64,000 nucleotides of DNA from an uncultured Leptospirales bacterium. Its GTDB lineage: Bacteria > Spirochaetota > UBA4802 > JAFGDQ01. Both the position numbers and the translations under genes were made by a program. Shown here piece after piece: positions 18,840-28,407 of this stretch. Location: the NCBI GenBank assembly GCA_964626055.1, contig CAZVDF010000003.1:2848-66847 (forward strand). The letters are read 5' to 3'. Numbering within the stretch: the first letter of the stretch is position 1; every line of letters starts with the position of its first letter. Below the pieces are notes generated by a model, which worked only from the letters and a program-made list of their open reading frames with translations, made no database searches and was not told where the DNA came from.

Positions 18840-19562
18840 ATGCTTCATTTAAAAAGCGTAACCCTGCATCCCGAAAAATATCCCTCTGCCGATTTTTATC
18901 CTTTCAATCTTCCTGTATTCCAAAATTTAAAAAGTATCGAATTCGGCAACCCTGTTACTTTATTCGTAGGTGAAAACGGCACGGGCAAATCGACGCTTTT
19001 AGAGGCGATCACGAAAAAATGCGGGATACACATCTGGAAGGATGCGGAAAGAACCCGGGCCGGACATAGCCCTTACGAAGGCAAGCTTTATAATTATCTC
19101 TCCATAGAATGGGTAAACGGCCATGTGCCCGGCACTTTTTTCGGGGCAAGCATATTCCGGCATTTTGCCGGCATGCTCGATGAATGGGCCGCGGCGGATC
19201 CGGGACAGTTCTATTATTTCGGAGGGAAATCCCTTCTAACCCAGTCTCACGGGCAATCCCTGATGTCTTTTTTTAAAAACCGCTGCAGCCTAAAAGGACT
19301 CTATTTTCTGGACGAGCCGGAAACAGCTCTCTCGCCGGGAACCCAGCTTGAACTTCTCGAAATACTCGCGAAAACCGGCAATGGCAGCGCTCAGTATATT
19401 ATTGCAACTCATTCGCCGATACTGCTCGCCTGTCCGGGTGCGCTTATATACAGTTTTGAAGACTCGGCATTAAAAAAAACAAATTATGAGGATACGTCGC
19501 ATTACAAAATATATAAAAGCTTTATGGAAGACAGGAATAAATTTTTAAAAAATAAAAGTTAG
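18840..19562 (+). CDS. Minimal ABC-type (AAA_21-like) ATPase, stand-alone, 240 aa
   Basis: Walker A GENGTGKSTLLEAI, signature-like LTQSHGQSL, Walker B/D-loop YFLDEPETALSP and H-loop IIATHSP. No coiled-coil or effector domain. It starts 13 bp after the VWA gene, so the two are likely co-transcribed. Confidence 0.6.
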   Translation: MLHLKSVTLHPEKYPSADFYPFNLPVFQNLKSIEFGNPVTLFVGENGTGKSTLLEAITKKCGIHIWKDAERTRAGHSPYEGKLYNYLSIEWVNGHVPGTFFGASIFRHFAGMLDEWAAADPGQFYYFGGKSLLTQSHGQSLMSFFKNRCSLKGLYFLDEPETALSPGTQLELLEILAKTGNGSAQYIIATHSPILLACPGALIYSFEDSALKKTNYEDTSHYKIYKSFMEDRNKFLKNKS

Positions 19563-19628
19563 GCTCATTCTAGAAAGTTGAGGAAAATGAATAAATTAGT
19601 AAAAGTGCTGATGCATATAATGCTCTAA

Positions 19629-19651
19629 GCCCCCTAACCCCCAGAGGGGGC
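19629..19651. repeat. GC-rich hairpin repeat GCCCCCTAACCCCCAGAGGGGGC (family copy); probable bidirectional terminator between convergent genes
   Basis: 7 bp stem GCCCCCT/AGGGGGC. It lies between the + ATPase gene (ends 19562) and the minus-strand DUF2279 gene (ends 19678). Confidence 0.5.
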
Positions 19652-19677
19652 ATAAATAAGAAATGTATAATAAATAA

Positions 19678-20622
19678 CTAATCGTGCTTTGCGGGAGTTT
19701 TGCCGGCAAACGTATGATCAAGAGCATCCGGATTATATGCGATCGGGGGATGATAATACTTGAAGAACGTGGAGAATCCGTTTCGCCATGATCCCTCCGG
19801 CAAAACAGCATCGGAGACTGTGCTTAAATTGAACGCGAAGCCGATATATGCATGCCTGGTTTTATATCTGTAATGCGAATGGGAATACCAGTAACCTCTT
19901 GTGTAATATCCGAAATCGATTTGAAAAAATCTTGCCGGAGTTTCCTGAAGGTAAGGAATCCCGTCTAACTTTAAAGCCAGTATGAATTTTTGACCCGAAA
20001 CATCGCTCGTGAACTCAACCCATTTTTCAGCCCTCTGGCTTCTATAGTCTTTTGAAGGCCAATATTCCATCTGAAAGCCTATAAGCCTGTCAAGGGGAGG
20101 ATACATATCCAAGGCCATCGCGAAAATCCCTCCGCCGAAATTCCAGATCATATCGCCCCAGGAAAATCCGTACGTATCGCCGAAACCGTCGCCGATCTCT
20201 ATGCCGACTCCCATAAGCTGTCCGAAAAGAAATCCTTTGAAGGCGGCCCAATTTTTTGTATCGCCGCTTTTCTCAAATGCATAGGAGCCGACCCTTGATA
20301 TCAGGTAAATGCCCCAGGTATGCCCCAATTTATCCGCGCCGCCGGTGTATGAATCCTGTTCCATTCCCCAGCCGTCGTTCTCAAAATGCCATTCGGAAGC
20401 GGTCCCCCAGCCCCAGGCGCCGATCCCCCAGCCCAGAATGATTACGGGAACACTGCCGTAAAGTAAATACTCGGTCGTATAATCCTTTTTTGTCTGAATT
20501 GCTTTTTCATATCCATTATGGGTATTCTCAGCCGGAATTTCCTCTGAATACAAACCGAACGAAAAACAAAGCAAAATTACGATAAATATTGAAATAAATT
20601 TTGTTGCCGAATGTATTTTCAT
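19678..20622 (-). CDS. DUF2279-family secreted protein/lipoprotein (Trp/Gly-rich)
   Basis: Signal peptide. Conserved core GGADKLGHTWG and WG-rich repeats (GWGIGAWGWGTASEW). Confidence 0.5.
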   Translation of the reverse strand: MKIHSATKFISIFIVILLCFSFGLYSEEIPAENTHNGYEKAIQTKKDYTTEYLLYGSVPVIILGWGIGAWGWGTASEWHFENDGWGMEQDSYTGGADKLGHTWGIYLISRVGSYAFEKSGDTKNWAAFKGFLFGQLMGVGIEIGDGFGDTYGFSWGDMIWNFGGGIFAMALDMYPPLDRLIGFQMEYWPSKDYRSQRAEKWVEFTSDVSGQKFILALKLDGIPYLQETPARFFQIDFGYYTRGYWYSHSHYRYKTRHAYIGFAFNLSTVSDAVLPEGSWRNGFSTFFKYYHPPIAYNPDALDHTFAGKTPAKHD

Positions 20623-20628
20623 AGTAAG

Positions 20629-21723
20629 CTAAATTCCGTTAATAGCAGCATTTGCTCTTTTTGCTTCAGAGTTAATTACATCGGAATCATCTCCTGAATA
20701 ACCGATTATATTCAGACTGATCTTTGCAAATATCCGGAAGTCTATGCCCGGCGGATCCATTCCGTATAAATTCGCCGTAAAAATTATATCGGCAATTTCC
20801 TTATATCTTAAAATATCGTAATCCAGCCTGATGCGGTTGAGATAATTTTTTCTCTTGTTATAAAATAAATGCGAGTCGCCGTGATAATAATCATTATTAT
20901 AAAAACCCTGATAAGAAAGGTCGAAACTCTTACCGGAATAACCGACCGTTCCGCTTCCCGCATGGCCGTATTCCGATGAACTGCGGTTCTGTGAGAAAGA
21001 GCTCAGATAATACGCAGCTTCCAGATAAAATCCTTTATATATAAACCCAAGCACAGGGGAATTAACAATGTCCTGTTCGATTCTTACCGGATGAGTCTTC
21101 TTATTAAGCTGCCCGCCTTTATGATGGTAATGGTCGTAAAATTTATAATAAAAATTTTCGGAAAAATTATGCTTCAAGAGCAGTCCTGCGGTAAATTCTT
21201 CGGGGTGTTCCTCTGTATCGAGTTTTATCCAGTCGAGAAAAGCCGAGACATCTATAGTTTTTCTTTTCAAGGAAAATTTCAATCCTGACGAAACCGGCCT
21301 TTCTTCAAAGAAAAGGAACTCATTGTAAATTGTATTGGGATATTTCATCAGGTTTGGAAAATTCCCTATAATGAATTCCGAGTCATCCCATGGGAAAAAC
21401 GTCGCGTTCATATAAGGATACATTTTCTCGGGAGATTTATCTTTATCATACTGCACGTATACATGCCTGTACCATCCGCCCGCATTAAGCTGAAGCGGCA
21501 CGGTATTGATCTGCAGGTATGGGATAAATATATGCCCGAGATTTGTTCTGCCCGGATACGGATGATCGTCATATTCAAGATCCGCAAGATCGATATACTG
21601 GTCCAGCTGGATACTGACCGATTCTATATCGGCGGATGTATATAATTCGGCGATGAGATCTGGAAATAAAGATAAATGAAAAATAATTAATAAAATTATT
21701 TTTAAAATGCGCTGATCTTTCAT
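20629..21723 (-). CDS. Secreted Tyr-rich protein of unknown function (possible beta-barrel/OM protein)
   Basis: N-terminal hydrophobic signal. Alternating aromatic/hydrophobic strands (YKGFYLEAAYYLSSF, GYSGKSFDLSYQGFY). It lies 7 bp upstream of the DUF2279 gene, so an operon is likely. Confidence 0.45.
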   Translation of the reverse strand: MKDQRILKIILLIIFHLSLFPDLIAELYTSADIESVSIQLDQYIDLADLEYDDHPYPGRTNLGHIFIPYLQINTVPLQLNAGGWYRHVYVQYDKDKSPEKMYPYMNATFFPWDDSEFIIGNFPNLMKYPNTIYNEFLFFEERPVSSGLKFSLKRKTIDVSAFLDWIKLDTEEHPEEFTAGLLLKHNFSENFYYKFYDHYHHKGGQLNKKTHPVRIEQDIVNSPVLGFIYKGFYLEAAYYLSSFSQNRSSSEYGHAGSGTVGYSGKSFDLSYQGFYNNDYYHGDSHLFYNKRKNYLNRIRLDYDILRYKEIADIIFTANLYGMDPPGIDFRIFAKISLNIIGYSGDDSDVINSEAKRANAAINGI

Positions 21724-21840
21724 ATTAATAGTTCATCAGTAATATTTAATAATTAGAACCCGGCAGATAGCTAGCAATTATCAAAAACAGGCCATTCTCA
21801 CGCCAAAGGTGCGAAACATGCCGATATCCGCAAAGGACTT

Positions 21841-22821
21841 CTACTTGATTTCCCGTCTGTTTTCGTATCCAAAAGGCGGATTATAATATTTGAACGGCTG
21901 TTCCGCCAGCCATGCTGCTTTTTTATCAGGCAGGAAAAAATCCTTAGCCGCCTCGCGCATATTGAGAGAAATGCCCCAGTACCAGTATCTCTTCGCATCG
22001 TAGTGTCCGTATGAATTATCATAATCCGTGTAATTCCTTGTAAAATAACCGACGTCAAACTGAACATATCTTAAAACCTCGGGCATGGGCAGCCCGATGT
22101 ATTCCAATCCCGCCAGCTTAAGGTTGAACATATACTTCCATCCGCTGTAATCTCCTGCAAAATCCAGATAATCTTTATCGTTATATTCTCTGTAAGCTTT
22201 TGACGGGCAGTAATTGGCGGTAAATCCCAGAAACATGTCCAGTGTAGGATACCTGTCCAGGATAAGCCCTACCGTGATCCCGAAAAAATCCGAGATCAGA
22301 TCCTCCTTGCTGAATCCGTACCTGCCCGTAGTGGCGTCGCCGATCTCTATTAATGTACCGATCACTCCCGCCGTAATGCCGGAATACGCCAGCGCGCGTT
22401 CCCGGCTGTTTTCGGTATAGCTAAAAATTGTATACGATAAACGGCATATGGAATAATGAGCAAAGGCGTGGCCGGCCTTATCGGCTCCGCCGGAATCGGT
22501 GCCGGACTGGAACCAGCGCTCATGCGCCCAGCGCCAGGATCGATTCTCCCCCCAGTTCCATACCTTGCTGCCGTATAAAATAGTCATCACAGGCGGGAGT
22601 GCAAGCACGGAATAGCGCACGACGCTTTTAAAATCAGTCTCTCCATCTGTCCGGAAAGGATTTCCCGTTGGAGTAGAATAATAATACCTGGATTCATTCA
22701 CTCTACTTTGTGCGGGATTTATTGTCTGCCCTTCGTTCTTTTCCTGGGCTTCGATACTGGTATAAATATTCATTATAAGTATAACTGCCAGGCAAGCGCA
22801 ACTGATCTTAATAAGTTTCAT
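21841..22821 (-). CDS. DUF2279-family secreted protein, paralog of 19678-20622
   Basis: Signal peptide plus the same core, SGGADKAGHAF. The pattern of conserved W/G/Y residues is similar. Confidence 0.5.
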   Translation of the reverse strand: MKLIKISCACLAVILIMNIYTSIEAQEKNEGQTINPAQSRVNESRYYYSTPTGNPFRTDGETDFKSVVRYSVLALPPVMTILYGSKVWNWGENRSWRWAHERWFQSGTDSGGADKAGHAFAHYSICRLSYTIFSYTENSRERALAYSGITAGVIGTLIEIGDATTGRYGFSKEDLISDFFGITVGLILDRYPTLDMFLGFTANYCPSKAYREYNDKDYLDFAGDYSGWKYMFNLKLAGLEYIGLPMPEVLRYVQFDVGYFTRNYTDYDNSYGHYDAKRYWYWGISLNMREAAKDFFLPDKKAAWLAEQPFKYYNPPFGYENRREIK

Positions 22822-22982
22822 AATCCCCTACGCATTTACAATAAATTAAACAAATCTGCTAACATATTTTTAAACACGAATTTAGTCAATAAATATTACT
22901 TTATTTATTATGCAAAAATATAATTTACGCTGTTTTATTAAAAATTGGAAAGAAAATTGACGGAATTTATAAAAATAATTTC

Positions 22983-23873
22983 TTATGGCCTGTAAGGATG
23001 CGACAGGTTAATATTATAACCTTCGCCTGATATATTCTTTTTATCCGTATGATCTCTGTAATAAAGAACTGCAATATCGGATCCTGATTTAAAAACCAGC
23101 AGCCTCGATTCCAATCCGGTAATACCTTCATCGCGTATTGATCCGGTATCAATAAAGCAAATCCCGCGCAGTTCGGAATTTATATTATGCATATCAGGCA
23201 TCCAGCCCGGGAAGTGAGAATGCCCTGATATCCATATATCCACCCTATAGGTCTTCAACACTTCAATAAAACGGGATGAATTTATGATGTTTAACCTGTC
23301 AAGGTTTGATGATATCAGTCCGCTCCCGTCAAGATTGCCGTGAGTAACGGTGATGATAATTTTGTCCTGATTCGAGATAACGATGGACTTCCACCAGTTA
23401 AAGGTTGCATCCGATATAAAGGTCTTCCTGCCGTATCTCTCATTCGACATCAGAATAAAAATGATATTCCCTTTTTGGGATTTGTAATTAAGCTCGTTTC
23501 GGATGTATTTTTTATATAGGTCTATCGCCCTCCAGTCATGATTGCCGGCTATCTCCAGCCATTCGGGAATATGAATTTTCTGCTTTTGCGAATTATACCA
23601 TAAAAAAATTTCCTCGAAATCCGAGTGCTGAACAATATCGCCGCCAAAAATCGCGATATCCGTATTCGGAAAATTCTCTTTTATGTCTTTTAGCGCGGTC
23701 TCATAGTTGTTCTTCTCGTTTTCATTCCGGGGCTGTATATCCGAATGAGCCCAGATGGTCAAATAATTGCTGCGATCCGTCGAAGTATCTTTTATATAAT
23801 CTGTCTTAATACTTTTAAAACAGGACAAAAGAAAAATTGAAAATAATATAATAAATTTTAATAAATTTTTCAT
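22983..23873 (-). CDS. Calcineurin-like metallophosphoesterase, predicted lipoprotein
   Basis: Metallophosphatase motifs GGDIVQH, GNHDW, VTHGN and SGHSHFPGW. Signal peptide with the lipobox FLLSC. Confidence 0.7.
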   Translation of the reverse strand: MKNLLKFIILFSIFLLSCFKSIKTDYIKDTSTDRSNYLTIWAHSDIQPRNENEKNNYETALKDIKENFPNTDIAIFGGDIVQHSDFEEIFLWYNSQKQKIHIPEWLEIAGNHDWRAIDLYKKYIRNELNYKSQKGNIIFILMSNERYGRKTFISDATFNWWKSIVISNQDKIIITVTHGNLDGSGLISSNLDRLNIINSSRFIEVLKTYRVDIWISGHSHFPGWMPDMHNINSELRGICFIDTGSIRDEGITGLESRLLVFKSGSDIAVLYYRDHTDKKNISGEGYNINLSHPYRP

Positions 23874-24066
23874 TTTTTTAACTCTTTTTAATTAAAAGAC
23901 TCTTAACCGGTTTTAATTAAAAATATTATTTGAACACATCATAAATATAAAATTATAAAAATAGCCGACTATATATTAAAATACATTAAAAAATTTTTTA
24001 TGACAACTAACGGGCAGGAAGCAACGCCTCTTAAAAACACAAAAACCGGTTAAAAAAATTGCAAAG

Positions 24067-25071
24067 TCAAATCCGCGGCTCTACGTCCACAGAAAGACCG
24101 TCGGAAACTCCGTTGGAATAATATTGATAGCCTATGCCTGCTACCATCGCGGCATTATCTGTGCAAAGTCCGGGCGACGGTATAATCAGCCTTTCGTCTT
24201 CCCCTTTGCCGTTGTTTAACATTTCCCTTAATCTGCCGTTTGCCGCCACGCCGCCTGCTATTACAATATCTTTTATATTATATTTTCTCGCAGCCTGATA
24301 TACCTTCCGGACAAGAACCTCCAGAGCTCTTTCCTGAAAATAAAACACAATTTCGGAAGTATCAGCAGGCGGATTTCCCTTAACATAATTCACTACCGCC
24401 GTTTTCAGACCGCTGTAACTGAAGCGGAAATCCTGTGAATCGGCAAGGATCTTCGGAAATATATTTTTTTTTATTTCCGGCTTCACCCGGCCTGCCATTT
24501 TCTCGATTACCGGGCCGCCGGGATATCCCAGATCAAGAAATTTGGCGATCTTATCGAACGCTTCGCCCACTGCATCATCGGCAGTTTTACCGAGCAGATC
24601 CATGCCGCCGGTTTCCCTGACAATATACAAACTGGTATTGCCTCCGGACACTAAAAGTCCGATAAACGGATATAAAAGACTGAAATCCTCCAGAAAAGGC
24701 GCATATAGATGTGCCTCAAGATGATTGACTGCAATAAGAGGGATTCCCAGCGAATAAGAAATTGCTTTCGCGGACTGAAGCGCGATCAGGAGAGAACCGA
24801 CGAGTCCGGGCCTTGCGGTTGCTGCGGCATACGCCAGATCACCGATATTTATTCCGGCCTCGTTTAAAGCGATCTTGATAATTTCGTTAATTACCTCTAA
24901 ATGGGCTCTCGATGCGATTTCCGGCACGACGCCCGAGTATTCCCGGTGCAGATCTATCTGGCTTCTAACGATATTGGAAAGAATTTTCTTCCCGTTCAAT
25001 ACGACGGATGCGGAAGTTTCATCGCATGAACTTTCAAGTCCCAGCCCGACAATATATTTATTCATTCTCAT
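24067..25071 (-). CDS. tsaD: tRNA N6-adenosine threonylcarbamoyltransferase
   Basis: Kae1/TsaD signature GLESSCDETSASVV, the metal-binding AVNHLEAH (HxxH) motif and GGVAANGRLRE. Confidence 0.9.
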   Translation of the reverse strand: MRMNKYIVGLGLESSCDETSASVVLNGKKILSNIVRSQIDLHREYSGVVPEIASRAHLEVINEIIKIALNEAGINIGDLAYAAATARPGLVGSLLIALQSAKAISYSLGIPLIAVNHLEAHLYAPFLEDFSLLYPFIGLLVSGGNTSLYIVRETGGMDLLGKTADDAVGEAFDKIAKFLDLGYPGGPVIEKMAGRVKPEIKKNIFPKILADSQDFRFSYSGLKTAVVNYVKGNPPADTSEIVFYFQERALEVLVRKVYQAARKYNIKDIVIAGGVAANGRLREMLNNGKGEDERLIIPSPGLCTDNAAMVAGIGYQYYSNGVSDGLSVDVEPRI

Positions 25072-25086
25072 GTGAAAAACATGGCA

Positions 25087-26460
25087 TTAAATGTTATTGA
25101 TAATCCTGATGGCCTCTCCAAGCTGATTGTCGAACTCAAGATCATAAAGCGGACTTTTATTGAATTTGGTCATTTCCCGTTTCAATATAAAATTGGCGCT
25201 CTTTTCAGAAATGGAATACTTCCTTTCCTTAAGCAATGCCATAAATTTATTTTTATTTGCCTGGTTATATTCTTTATTTCCTTTAACAAATCCCTCCAGT
25301 ATTTTTTCCTTGTGAATGTTCCTGATTATTTCGGCATCTTCTTTGGACACCTCTTCCGCTTTTACTACATAATCCGGGACGATGCCCTTGCCATGTATGG
25401 AAACGCCTGATGGCGTATAATATTTTGCAATCGTTAAAGTTACCCCTATATTTTCATTAAGATTAAAAAATTTCTGCACGGAGCCTTTGCCGAAAGTCTT
25501 TGTTCCCACGAGCTTCCCTCTCTTGTTATCCCTTATGGCTCCCGAAAAAATTTCCGATGCAGATGCGCTGCCGTTGTTGACAAGAACGATCAGCTTGCCT
25601 TTGTACAGCGATCCCATCTCCGATCTGAATTCGGAAACATTCGATGTCCCTTCTCTTCCCTTTGTGGAAACTATTAGCTGATCTTTTTCGAGAAAGTAAT
25701 CCGATATTTTTATCGCTTTATCCAGCAATCCGCCGGGATTATACCTCAGATCGATTATCAGTTTTTCGACTCCTTTTTTATTAAAGCTCTTCAACGCTTC
25801 TTCAACGTCTTTCGGCGTATCGGCGCTGAATACTTTAATTTTGAGATAACCTGCCTTCTCATTTTCTTTGAAGACTCCGTACGCAACCGTTTCCACTTTA
25901 ATAGGAGCTCTTTCAATTACAAATTCGATCGGTTCGGCAAATCCCGCGCGTTTTACGGCAAGTTTCACTTTTGTGTGCGGAAAGCCTTTGATCATTTTAA
26001 TAATATCGGATAATTCCTTGTCTTTTGTGGGCACATCGTCGATTTTTATTATCAGATCCTCGGACCGAATGCCTGCTTTCATCGCCGGCGTGTCTTCGAT
26101 CGGCGAAATGACAACGATTTCGCCGTCTTTTACGGTAACTTCAACCCCGATTCCCACAAACTCTCCGGTCGTATCTTCTTTCAATGCGGAGAATGCGTCT
26201 TCATCGAGAAATCTGGAATAAGGATCGTTTAAGGAGCTGATCATTCCGCGTATTGCGCCGTAGAAAACATTTTTATTGTTCGGGGCTTCGACAAAGTTTG
26301 TCCTGATCGTCTGATACACCTGGTGAAAATAATCGAGATATCTGTGAGCGGGCTCTTCTTCAGCGCTGGATTGGCCCGATAAATTTATGCCGAAAAATAC
26401 GCCGAATAAAAACGTAATTATCGCAAGATGGATCTTCAACTCTTTAATTCGTTTTACCAT
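25087..26460 (-). CDS. ctpA: Carboxyl-terminal processing protease (S41 family)
   Basis: PDZ domain plus the S41 catalytic region (LIIDLRYNPGGLLDKAIKISDYF, GSASASEIFSGAIRDNKRGKLVGTKTFGKG). Confidence 0.85.
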   Translation of the reverse strand: MVKRIKELKIHLAIITFLFGVFFGINLSGQSSAEEEPAHRYLDYFHQVYQTIRTNFVEAPNNKNVFYGAIRGMISSLNDPYSRFLDEDAFSALKEDTTGEFVGIGVEVTVKDGEIVVISPIEDTPAMKAGIRSEDLIIKIDDVPTKDKELSDIIKMIKGFPHTKVKLAVKRAGFAEPIEFVIERAPIKVETVAYGVFKENEKAGYLKIKVFSADTPKDVEEALKSFNKKGVEKLIIDLRYNPGGLLDKAIKISDYFLEKDQLIVSTKGREGTSNVSEFRSEMGSLYKGKLIVLVNNGSASASEIFSGAIRDNKRGKLVGTKTFGKGSVQKFFNLNENIGVTLTIAKYYTPSGVSIHGKGIVPDYVVKAEEVSKEDAEIIRNIHKEKILEGFVKGNKEYNQANKNKFMALLKERKYSISEKSANFILKREMTKFNKSPLYDLEFDNQLGEAIRIINNI

Positions 26461-26577
26461 ATAACCTCAATTATATTATATTGATATGAAAACATACAAT
26501 AACAGCAACACGCGCGACTTTCTGCCGCATATGTAAAAATACCTCTTCACGGGAAATAACGCGGAAGCACAAAAACG

Positions 26578-26847
26578 CTATTCGGCAAATAACTTATGAT
26601 ATTTATCGCTATGATTTTTTTTCATGAATGACTTAAATTCTTCAAGGCTGAAATTATTTGCGGACAGTAATTCATTAAGTATTTTCCCCCGCTGTGCAAT
26701 TGATTGCTTCTCATCAAAGCTTTCTTCGAACTCCCTGCGCAGGTATTCCTGCCATATAGCAGAAAACTCCCTTTCAGTCATGCTTTTTTTCGAACAGCCC
26801 GTCAGGGCAATTATAATTACTAACAGAAAAAGAAAAAGTTTTTTCAT
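26578..26847 (-). CDS. Small lipoprotein of unknown function
   Basis: I trimmed the start to MKKLFLFLLVIIIALTGCSKK, a signal peptide with a lipobox. The longer ORF-track N-terminus has no support. Confidence 0.45.
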   Translation of the reverse strand: MKKLFLFLLVIIIALTGCSKKSMTEREFSAIWQEYLRREFEESFDEKQSIAQRGKILNELLSANNFSLEEFKSFMKKNHSDKYHKLFAE

Positions 26848-27012
26848 TGAAATTCCTTTAGTGAAATTACTGTTTTTATAAATTGCAGCTTCAATACAGT
26901 AATTTTTCTGTAATAAGCTGAATGTTTTTATCGCCGAAACTTGAATCATTAATCGGAAAATAATTAATAATGAGACAATATTTACTGCATGTCAATGCAT
27001 TTTGTTTTAAAT

Positions 27013-27618
27013 TTACTCCGCTTCATTCCTCAGGATAATCGAAGAAAATCTGGTCAGAATTGAAGCGGTCATGCCCCATATTTCAAATCCGTTATACAAA
27101 TAATAATAAACCTTCCTGTACTTCCCGTCGAAGAAATAGTCTTCAACTCTATAATACTCCTCGTTATAAAAAAGGGACAGCGGGACTTCGAAGCATTCTT
27201 CGATTTCATCCGCGTTTATTTTATATTCATACGGATATTTGATGGAACCTATGAAAGTATGGACATGGAAATCCGTTATTGATATCATTTCGTCAAATTC
27301 ACCTATGAATTCGACGTCAGACGGTTTGATGCCGGCTTCCTCGTATGTTTCCCTCAATGCCGTATCCAGGAAGCTCCTGTCGCTCTTTTCCTTTGCCCCA
27401 CCGGGAAAAGATACCTGTCCTTTATGGTTTTTAACTTTATTTGTTCTCTTGGTAAGAAAAACATGCGCTTCATTGTTCTTATTCAGCAGAAGCATCAGTA
27501 CGGAAGCGGGACTGGCTCCTTTTTTCTCAACTGTTATTTTTTTCCTGTTTTTGAGTCTGTTGCTTATTTCTTCCTTCAGTATTTTAAAATCATTCTCACT
27601 TTTAAAACTTAATTCCAT
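27013..27618 (-). CDS. NUDIX hydrolase, CoA pyrophosphatase-like
   Basis: Nudix box GGAKEKSDRSFLDTALRETYEEAGI. Size and flanking motifs are typical of NudL-type CoA pyrophosphatases. Confidence 0.7.
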   Translation of the reverse strand: MELSFKSENDFKILKEEISNRLKNRKKITVEKKGASPASVLMLLLNKNNEAHVFLTKRTNKVKNHKGQVSFPGGAKEKSDRSFLDTALRETYEEAGIKPSDVEFIGEFDEMISITDFHVHTFIGSIKYPYEYKINADEIEECFEVPLSLFYNEEYYRVEDYFFDGKYRKVYYYLYNGFEIWGMTASILTRFSSIILRNEAE

Positions 27619-27867
27619 CCGTATTCTCCGTCTATTTACATACTATCGTTACAAGAAACATAATAATTGTCAAGTTGGAATATCTATATTACGCTGTCAT
27701 GTTTATTTTTGCAGGTTAAGAGCACTAAAAATCATTTTTGCACACAAAGTTAAATGCGACAGCGTAATGAAAAATTTCAGCCTTGAAATAAAAAATAATC
27801 TTGAATTTTATAAATCCATAATAACTGAATTGCTTAAGTTAATTTACAATCATTTACGGAGAAGGAA

Positions 27868-28392
27868 ATGCCAGGATACGACGATAAAATAGACGGGTTA
27901 ACGAAGTATGCGAAGCTGATCCTTGTCTTTGGCGGTTTGGTAATCGGCTTTATTATATGCAGGATATTTTTCTTTGAGCCCTTTATAGCGGAAGACGATT
28001 CAATGAGTCCTAACGTTTCAAAGGGCGACTATGTGTTGATATTAAAAATTACTTCACCCGGGGAAGGGGATATTATACTTGTTAAAAGTCCGGTTGAACC
28101 GGGACGTGTGATCTTAAAACGCCTAATTGCGACCGGAGAAAAAAATATAGAAATAAAAAATAAAAAAATATTTATAGATAACGCGGAATTTCTCCCGAAA
28201 TGGAATCTGCTGTCGGCGGATAAACGCGTTTTCCCGGAGGATTATAATCACAGGGACAATATGCCTCAAGCAAAAATTAAAAAAGGCGAAATCTTTGTGA
28301 TGGGGGATAACTTTGATTATAGTTTTGACAGCCGCAATTTCGGCCCTTTTGATGGGAGGCTGATTATCGGAAGGAAAATTTTTAAATTTTAA
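27868..28392 (+). CDS. lepB: Signal peptidase I
   Basis: N-terminal TM segment, the catalytic Ser region SMSPNVSKGDYV, the KRLIATGE box, and GDNFDYSFDSRNFGP (box E). Confidence 0.8.
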   Translation: MPGYDDKIDGLTKYAKLILVFGGLVIGFIICRIFFFEPFIAEDDSMSPNVSKGDYVLILKITSPGEGDIILVKSPVEPGRVILKRLIATGEKNIEIKNKKIFIDNAEFLPKWNLLSADKRVFPEDYNHRDNMPQAKIKKGEIFVMGDNFDYSFDSRNFGPFDGRLIIGRKIFKF

Positions 28393-28407
28393 AACAGATT
28401 AATAATT

